From Octopus sinensis (taxonomy: Eukaryota), in assembly GCF_006345805.1 (NCBI RefSeq), contig NC_042998.1, forward strand, positions 8,680,001 to 8,744,000: a stretch of 64,000 nucleotides of DNA, given 5' to 3'. Positions within the stretch are counted from its first letter, which is position 1, and every line of letters starts with the position of its first letter. A program made the position numbers and the translations under genes. Below the pieces are notes generated by a model, which saw only the letters and a list, made by a program, of their open reading frames with translations, was not told the DNA's origin and did no database searches. Positions 1 to 64,000 of this stretch are shown here, one piece after another.

Positions 1-150
1 ATGTATGTATGTATGTATGTATGTATGTATATATATAAATATATATACACGCACACACAGATACATACATGATATAATGCAATAGATAAATTTATAGAGA
101 TATGGTAGATATTTGTATATAAGTATATGTATGTTGATAGATAGACAGAC

Positions 151-207
<57 letters not shown>

Positions 208-240
208 TAGATAGATAGATAGATAGATAGATATAATACA
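1..240. repeat. (TATG)n and (TAGA)n microsatellites
   Basis: Direct reading; another large (TAGA)n at about 6700-6955. Confidence 0.95.
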
Positions 241-1574
241 TGTCTGTATACAGATACACGTGTGTGCACGCGCACATATGTATCTATGTATATACTCACA
301 TGCCTCCTCCCGGTACTTGTGACACTCTAATTCCCTCTCTTCCTGTATGGCGGTTCCAGAGGACGTACACACGCACTAACCCACGCAGGGCTTATTCACA
401 CGTGAAACACTGACAACACTTGCATGCACACACACCTCACATGTATACATACACTTGAAGTTTATTTATTCCATATGATATCAGTGTCGGTGAGAGTAAA
501 GCAAAAATGGCAGTTTCGTGAAATTTGAATAATCGCTTCCCTCACGCCCAGAACAGAATCAAAATAAACAAATGATACAATTAGTAAATATCTATTCAAA
601 TATACGACATGTTCTAGCAATCGATACCCTATACAAATGTGATCTTATATGGCCTTGTTGCTTGGGCGGATGGACTGTTTCTTATAATATCAGTCAAGCA
701 CACAGAAAATATATTTGTATGTTCTAATGAGATACCAAAATTTGGGCATCAGATTCGTTAGCTACACAAATGCGAACCCTGCGTTTTGTATTTCAGAATA
801 TCTATATTCGTCTATAAAATGTATCTTTAATAGTATAATGCTGGTTTCAAATTTTGGCACTATGCCAGCAGTTTTGGGCGAGGGGTAAGTCGAATACATC
901 AATCCCAGTGCTCAAGTGGTACTTATTCCATCAACCAAAAGAGATATAACGAAGAGTCAACCTCGGCGGAATTTGAACCCAAAGCGTAAAGGAGTCAAAA
1001 TCCGTTAAGCATTTTGCCCGGTGCGTTAACTATTCTGCCAGCTCGCTGCCTTCGTTAATGGTATAATATTAAAACAGAATAAACGCGAAAATTCATGGTA
1101 ACCACGCAGGAAAAATATTTAGTTAAAAAAATAAATAGAGTTCATTTGCTATGAAGATTGTATAATTCTCTCTATTATGGAATCAAGCCTGAGATTTGGG
1201 GGGAAAGGGGATAGTCGATTTCATAGACTCCAATGCTCGTCTGATACTTATTTTATTAACCCCAAAAGGGATGAAAGGCAAAGTCGAACTCAGCAGCGTT
1301 TGAACTACCACCGGAAGAAATACCACCAAATATTTCGTCCAGCGTTGTAAGGATTCTGCCAACTTACATTGACCATTCGTCTGAGGCTAGGGTTAAAAGA
1401 ATTAAGGCTAAAACTGAAGGATCAAGATAAGAGAGAGAAGTTTCAAAAAGCTTAGACAGGAAAGTAGAAGAGTTTATCAAAAGAATTAAGGTGACAGGTC
1501 AAAGTATTGTGGGGAGGGAAAACAAGATAGATAGGCTCATTATATCAAACGATAATTTATTCAGTAAAATCACG

Positions 1575-1932
1575 AGGACAGGAGTGGCTGTGTGGTAAGT
1601 AGCTTGCTAACCAACCACATGGTTCCGGGTTCAGTCCCACTGTGTGGCAAGTGTCTTCTGCTATAGCCCCGGGCCGACCAATGCCTTGTCGTATATGTGT
1701 GTGTGTGTGTGTGTGTGTTTGTGTGTCTGTGTTTGTCCCCCTAGCATTGCTTGACAACCGATGCTGGTGTGTTTACGTCCCCGTCACTTAGCGGTTCGGC
1801 AAAAAGAAACCGATAGAATAAGTACTGGGCTTACAAAGAATAAGTCCCGGGGTCGATTTGCTCGATTAAAGGCGGTGCTCCAGCATGGCCGCAGTCAAAT
1901 GACAGAAACAAGTAAAAGAGTAAAGAGTAAAG
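1575..1932 (+). mobile_element. SINE family A (tRNA-like head, CORE-like segment, internal microsatellite, AAAGAGT-repeat tail)
   Basis: GGAGTGGCTGTGTGGTAAG...GGTTCAGTCCC A/B-box-like head; body near-identical to more than 12 other copies in the window. Confidence 0.85.
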
Positions 1933-3117
1933 AGAGGACAGATTAAAGAGCTAAATTAAAGATGGAATGGCTGATAGTATAGAGACAGAGGCAACATGCA
2001 CAACACTTATTACGTCATACATCACGCGATACACAGCCATTTTGTTTTAATTTTGCTTCAGCAACTACAACGAAAATCTACTGAAGCTCGCAATGTCCAC
2101 ATTTCAATAAACTAGCATGAGAATAATGCACAGATGTAACTATAGGCTCGAAATACATATATGATCCCAGATTCCTGTAAGATTATATGGAACACGCTAG
2201 CATTTGACACACACACACACATGCAAACAAACGCATTTATATACATATACGTAGAAATATTCATACATTAGTATACACATACCCAGTTAGTCGTTGCTTC
2301 TGCAGACGATATGTTGCAATATCTTACAAAGTCACTGACTTACAAAGTATTAAAATGACTTAAGCACAAACACAACACACACACACAAACTCACAAACAC
2401 ACACACACACAGACACACACACACACACACGCACACATACACACACATGCTACCACAAACCAAATTTGTGGGTGCAAGTGGACCGACACTGGATAATGCG
2501 AGTCATTCCGTGCTTGTATGCATTTATTTATAAACATATGCCTGCTCTTAATTCTATTACATTACTTAAGCCATAAACGTCGTAACCTAGTCCCGTCTTT
2601 CATGCTGCCTGTTTTCTAATGTGACAGCGGTTTCTCTTTTATGTCTTAGAGTCAACGGTTTCTTTAGATGTTTGGCATGAACCTGATACTGCTCGGACAG
2701 AGTTATGATGGAAGTCGTTCGAGCAATGACCAAAGCAATCCTTTCTCTATCCATTTTAGAAACTTAATTCTTACCAGTGAGAATTGTATTTTGTTAATGT
2801 CCTAAGAATTAGAAACTTCGAGAGAACGTGAAATAATTCTTTTTCGGAAGCAGATTATAAATATATATAGTATAAATAATAATGTTATAGACACAAGGCC
2901 TGAAATTCTGGGGTGAGAGTGGATTAATCGATTATATAGGGTCCAGTACGGAACTGAGACTTATTTTGTCGATCCTGAAGGGATGAAAAGCAATGTCGAC
3001 CTCGACGGCATTTGTACTCAGAATGTAAAGAGGGGCGGAACGTTGCTAAGCATTTTGACCAACGTGTTAACGGTCCTGCAAGCTCGGCGCCTTGTATAAT
3101 ATGAATAATAATAATAA

Positions 3118-3445
3118 TAGCGTGTAGGCGAATGGCTCGGTGGTTAGAGCGTCGGATTTACACTCTTGAAGTAGTGAGTTCGATTCCCAAACCGAGCTGT
3201 GTGTTATGTTTTTCTGCAAGACACTTTCCAGTTCACTCCACTGTAGAGATGAGTCGCAACGTCACTCGTGTCAAGCTGTATCGGCCTTTGACTTTCCCTT
3301 GGATAACATCGGTGGCGTGGAGAGGGGAAGCTGGTATGCATCGGCAAGCGGTAGCCTTCCACAAACTTGCCCGGACTTGAGCCTTGGAGGGTATCTCTCT
3401 GGGTGCAATCCTATAGTCATTCATGATCGAAAAGGGTCCTTCAAT
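3118..3445 (+). mobile_element. SINE family D (tRNA-like head, CORE-like segment)
   Basis: TGGCTCGGTGGTTAGAGC...GAGTTCGATTCCC; related copy at 41768-42266; similar head at about 53170-53505 (-). Confidence 0.7.
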
Positions 3446-3465
3446 AATAGCGTGTGAAAATGAAT

Positions 3466-3872
3466 ACTCGTTTACTTGTTTCAGTCATTTGACTGCGGCC
3501 ATGCTGAAGCACCGCCTTTAGTCGAGCAACTCGACCCCGGGACTTATTCTTTGTAAGCCCAGTACTTATTTTATCGGTCTCTTTTGCCGAACCGCTAAGT
3601 GACGGGGACGTAAACACACCAGCATCGGTTGTCAAGCAATGCTAGGGGGACAAACACAGACACACAAACACACGCACACATACACATATATATATATATA
3701 CATATATACGACAGGCTTCTTTCAGTTTCCGTCTACCAAATCCACTCACAAGGCATTGGTCGGCCCGGGGCTATAGCAGAAGACACTCGCCCAAGATGCC
3801 ACGCTGTGGGACTGAACCCGGAACCATGTGATTGGTTAGCAAGCTACTTACCACACAGCCACTCCTGCGCCA
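3466..3872 (-). mobile_element. SINE family A, full length
   Basis: Reverse-complement match to the family from head to tail. Confidence 0.85.
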
Positions 3873-3953
3873 TGAATGCCGATGAAATTTACTTTTCAAA
3901 CATACTGGGCTTCATTATTTCATGTGACCTTTGCGATTTAAAAAAATAATGGT

Positions 3954-3993
<40 letters not shown>

Positions 3994-4219
3994 CTGGCGA
4001 ATTTCTTCCTCCGTCTTCCCTTCTATTGGAATTTCTTGTGTTTTCGAAGAAGAGCGTCTGCTCGAAACGTTAAACCATCTTTCTTTCCTTCCCTGAGCGT
4101 CTGCTAATTCATTACATGTACAAAGCCCTCGCATTGTTTTGTTTTCTGTTTCTTCTTTTTTGGATTTACTATATATGTGTATATATATCTTTTACTTGTT
4201 TCAGTCATTAGACTGCGTC

Positions 4220-4284
<65 letters not shown>

Positions 4285-5284
4285 TATTGCATTTCGGGAT
4301 GGTCATTTTTTGTTTTGACAAATAAATTCAGTCGTTTATTACTGTTCTTATTCTAACACATGTCCATTGTCCGGAAATCTTTCGTCACACGTCTGTGACC
4401 TCCGCAGCAACACTTTCTGTCTTCGTATGTGCTCTTGGTCTGCTTATTCCAGTCTGTTCTATGATGTGTATTCTTATATACGCATGTGTCTGTGTTTTGT
4501 GTGTGTGTGTGTGTATGTGTGTGTGATTGTTCTGAGTACCACTATCCTATATTATACATATTACGGGTTTTCACATAGCTACTGTCTACCAAATCCACTC
4601 ATAAGGTTTCGGTCAGCTTTGGGTTATAGTAGGAGGCACTTGCCCAAAATGCCGCGCAGTGGGACTAAACCCAAAACCACATGGTTGAGAAGCAAGTTTC
4701 TTAACCACACTGCCTCATCTGCGCTTATGAAATGAACTTTTTTTAATGATTTCTTAATGTTTTCAGTTCAGATAAAATGGATATGTATTCATATAGTTTT
4801 TATACTTATTCGAGAAAAAAGTTAATACATCAGTTACTTGGTAAAATACTTCCGTTGTTTAGCTAAAACTCGGGTGTATTCAAATAACGTTGATGTTTAA
4901 AGACATACTTATACACGTACATACAGAAGTCAGGCAGATAGACTTACACGCAGATGTATGTTTACGCGCATACACGTATATACATACACAAACAAGCATA
5001 CAACCATATAGATGTACTTAATATAATGTTTTGAAAGCCACAGATATTAACACATGTGTGCAAAATACCGGCAATGCTTATAGTTAACATTAAGAAAATA
5101 GATTTGCAAGTGTAATCCATTATTTGCTCAAACATATAGTATATCCTAGCATAAATAAATTAAACTGAATATCGTTTAAACTGTGTAGACTGCATTTTAT
5201 CTGTTATTGAGAACTGAAGCTGTCTGGTGCAGAATGACACCTCGGGACACTTATGTAACATTATGGTTCTCTTTCTTTCCCGCT

Positions 5285-5321
<37 letters not shown>

Positions 5322-6709
5322 TTGTAGCTATGTGTACGTGTGTGTGTGTGTACGTGTGTGTGTGTGAGTGTACGTGTGTGTGTGTGTGTACGTGTGTGTG
5401 TAACTGTCTGTGTGCGTGTGTGTGTCAGAGTGTGTATGCGTGTGCATTTGTGTTATATATATATATATTATATGTAGAAAAATACAAACTGGGACAAGAA
5501 CGTAAAACATTTAGAAGACGATACAAAAAACACGGACGGGACATTCGAAGCCTTCAATCTTCAGTCAAGAACCGGATCATCCTAGCAATTTCGGCTGATT
5601 AATCTTGAGATCGCTCCGATCCGGCAAGCCCCAAGGAAAAATTAAGCTACGAGCATTAGATTTCTTGGAAAACGGATCGAATGTATACGAAACAGGGACA
5701 GAAAAACGGACGATGCCACACGAATACAAAATACAAAAAACAATAATGGTAAAAACAGGACAAAAACAGCAGGTGTCTTACGACTAATAAACAGTACAAC
5801 AAGTTTAGCTGGCGTATTTGGAAAAAATGCCTTTATCGGCAGACGAAGACAACGATGTTCTCACGGCAGTGGTCGGAGGCCAAAAAGGCTGATATATATA
5901 TATATATATATTCATTTGTTAGTATATTTTATCTTTTATTCTTTACCTGTTTCAATCATTGGACTGGAGCCTGGCCAACTCGAATTACATTGCGGACCAC
6001 AGAAAGGTTTTCGAGGGCGGAATTGAAGACATTTTGCTTTCTCATGCTATTATTACAATAATGAATGAATGATTATTGATTCAACACGAAATATTATTGT
6101 TGCAAAAACAGTAATATCTTTCTTTTTTGCATTTTATTACAATCTTTAATTTTTGATTAAATTTTACGAATGTTTGTTTAAATAAACTCATTTCAAGAAA
6201 GTATCAAGCGGGCTGCAAGATAAAAGTCTGCAGACCGCATGCGCTCCGCGGGCATCAAGTTGGCCAGCCCTGGTTTAGTCGATCAATTGGTCTCTTTTGC
6301 CAAATCGCTAAGTTACGGGAATATAAACAAACCAACACCAGTTGTCAAGTGGTGGAGGGGGGTACAAAAACACAAAGATACACACACATGCATGTGTGTG
6401 TATACGTGTGTTTGTTTGTATACATACAAACATGCGACGGACCTGCATAGAGTTTCTATCCACCAACATCACTCATAAGGCATTGGTGTTTCAGGGTTGA
6501 GAAACTAACCCAGGTGTTCGCCAAACCGTAACGTTCTTGTGGCCAAAAACTTCAATTTTAGTCTCGTCGGAGCCAGAACCTTAGACCAAAGCTGAGTAGG
6601 TTTCTTTAATATGATTTTTGCATAGTTTAGCTGAGCCTTAACATGCTGGGAGTGAACCCGGAACCATGTGGTTGGTAAGCAAGCTACTTACCACACAGCC
6701 TATATATAT

Positions 6710-6756
<47 letters not shown>

Positions 6757-6845
6757 TATTATATATATATATATAGTATACATATATATATATAGTGAGA
6801 CAAGCAGACAGACAGGCAGTCAGAGAGACAGACAGACAGTTAGAC

Positions 6846-6956
<111 letters not shown>

Positions 6957-7099
6957 GTACATACATACACACGAAAATAAATGAATATATAACTGTATGT
7001 GAGTGTATGTCTGTACATTACAGATTTATATATATGTATGTTCAAACATGTAACATAGTCACAAAAAAATCTGTATTATACTTTTTCCCTTTGTCTTAG

Positions 7100-62000
<54,901 letters not shown>

Positions 62001-62304
62001 CGAGAATAAGAACATACTCTACAAATCTTTTTGTTGTTTTTTAAAGTTTTTATTACATTTTTTTATAAAGAGGAAACCCGATCGCTTTTCTTTTGCAAAG
62101 GCGCCTAAAAAAATCGACACATTTTGTTACAGAAAAGTTTTAGGTGAATCGCACTCACAAACCATTAGAAACTTTATGCAAACGTAACTTTTTATATGCA
62201 AAGTGGGATGATTAATTACTTCATTTGATTCATTTTTTATATAATTATTCATTTTATGTTTTGTTGGTTGTTTCATTTTTTTTTAAATATTTTTTTCCGA
62301 TTAC

Positions 62305-62310
62305 AATAAA
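62305..62310 (+). terminator. Candidate polyadenylation signal AATAAA (second candidate 62468-62473)
   Basis: AATAAA about 300 nt after the stop codon in U-rich context; the motif is common in AT-rich DNA. Confidence 0.3.
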
Positions 62311-62520
62311 CTGAAACGCTTGATATGAATCCTTTCAGTTTTATTACATAAACAGTACTCGTTATTATTGACTTTTCTAACGGGACCATCTTGATAAAGT
62401 TAAATATAAGATTCATATGAAAAGAGTGTCACGTGTTAATTTTTTTTTTTTTGTACTAATGTTTGTGAATAAATATTATATAGAATACTTCGTAATTTGT
62501 TTTACTGTGTTTTTCACTTG

Positions 62521-62740
62521 TCTTTACTCTCTCTTTTACTCTTTTACTCTTTTACTTGTTTCAGTCATTTGACTACGGCCATGCTGGAGCACCGCCTTTA
62601 GTCGAGAAAATCGACCCCGGCACTTATTCTTTTGTAAGCCCAGTACTTATTCTATAGGTCTCTTTTGCCGAACCGCTATGTGACGGGGACGTAAACACAC
62701 CAGCATCGATTGTCAAGTAATGCTAGAGGGACAAACACAA

Positions 62741-62803
<63 letters not shown>

Positions 62804-62970
62804 TACGACAGGCTTCTTTCAGTTTCCGTCAACCAAATCCACTCACAAGGCATTGGTTGGCCCGGGGCTATAGCAGAAGACACTTGCCCAAGATGCCACG
62901 CAGTGGGACTGAACCCAGAACCATGCGGTTGATTAGCAAGCTACTTACCACACAGCCACTCCTGCGCCTA
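62521..62970 (-). mobile_element. SINE family A, probably in or just past the 3' UTR
   Basis: Full-length family match. Confidence 0.85.
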
Positions 62971-63233
62971 TGTGGGTTTAAATTGTCTTTTCTTTTTCCG
63001 AACACTGACTCAACTGAAATTGCTGAACTGACTATAGAAAGATTGAGCTTCTTAGGTGGCGGGTAAGTCCCGTCTAGGGGAAAGAAAACCTTAATTTCAA
63101 ACCTGTGGAGGACCTCGTTCTGATAATTCCTACGTTGACTTTGACACTAAATTTTAACGGCCGTGCTGTTCCTTTGGATCCATCAGTAAAGTAGAAAGGG
63201 GAGCATGCTGTATGGACAACAACCAGTCCTCCA

Positions 63234-63440
63234 GGATCTTTTCGGTTTGACCGGCAGTTTTTTTCTAGCGGTGTCATATGAAATTGTCAGCCATAATTAT
63301 GACCCTAGTATCGATCTATTGCATTTCAATATGTTTAAGGGTTAGGGTTAGTTAGGGTTAGGGTTAGGGGTGGGGGGAAGGGTATTTTTTCTTCAGAAAT
63401 GTTAATAAACCCAATCTGTTTCTTATCCGAGGGGGATCTT
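63234..63440. mobile_element. Partial copy of the TTAGGG-containing MITE
   Basis: Matches 23283-23470. Confidence 0.7.
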
Positions 63441-64000
63441 TTCATTATCGTGGCCAGGACCGCAGATCTTTCTAGTTAACTAAATAATTTGAAACTTCGT
63501 GTAGTGGTAGAGTGTCTCAAAACAAGACACTAATTCCAACTTGTTTATTTGAGAAAAATCTATTTTATGACTTTAATCGTAGATTAAATCTGCGAATTTT
63601 AACCAATCATGTTGTCTGTATTGATCTAAAATTATTCGCTGCATAGTGTTAACTGTGACGTAGAAAGCTATTTTATCGTAAACAACTTTTTCGTACACAA
63701 ATTTTCAGTTCCCTAGAATTATATTTGAAACAAAATAAAAAGAAAAAGATTCATACGCATAAATATCCATCCTTAGACATCAGAAAGATTAGAAATGCAA
63801 CAAAAATTTAAAATACCGGATCTTTACCTTTCAAACTTCGTGGAGTATATATAAAATTTGTGTAGATCCTGAGTATATATAAAATGAGTGTTTAAATTAT
63901 TTTTCATTGTTTGCATTGGTTATGCATATATTTATTTTTAAACACACACACACACACACACATGTATACAAACAAATGCATATATATATATATACACCTA

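Noticed and set aside
5473-5860. A-rich tract with ORF 5605-5787 and CTGAAGA/CCGAAA words on the minus strand
   Set aside because: Possibly an old Penelope-like end, but the motif order does not form a hammerhead and the ORF is uninformative.
63337-63370. TTAGGG run as a true telomere or chromosome fusion scar
   Set aside because: Only a few units, embedded in a MITE that is also present at 23283.

Overview
AT-rich, repeat-saturated eukaryotic genomic DNA. The SINE, Helitron and microsatellite content suggests an octopod cephalopod (inference from recognised repeat types). One gene spans the window on the + strand: a subgroup-B (pentameric, THBS3/THBS4/COMP-like) thrombospondin. I reconstructed 20 coding exons from 7100 to the TGA at 61998-62000, all joining in frame (2438 nt, about 812 codons). 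They encode a coiled coil with CxxC, six EGF-like modules, the Ca-binding type 3 repeats (containing a KGD motif) and the L-lectin-like C-terminal domain. The 5' exons (signal peptide, N-terminal domain) were not found and probably lie upstream of the window. One intron is a GC-AG intron. The introns hold at least four tRNA-headed SINE families (my labels A-D), eight non-autonomous Helitron-type elements, RTE LINE 3' ends with C2H2 fingers, R4/Dong-like REL-endonuclease fragments in (TAA)n tracts, two dead Tc1/mariner relics, MITE-like foldbacks, Penelope-like ends with hammerhead-ribozyme-like cores, and many compound microsatellites. Almost all ORFs in the supplied track are microsatellite or SINE artefacts. 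I found no unambiguous new biological system. The best leads are the hammerhead-bearing inverted repeat, the TAA-targeted cluster, the modular and chimeric SINE/Helitron architecture, and the thrombospondin's EGF expansion and KGD motif. Repeat boundaries are read by eye and are approximate.
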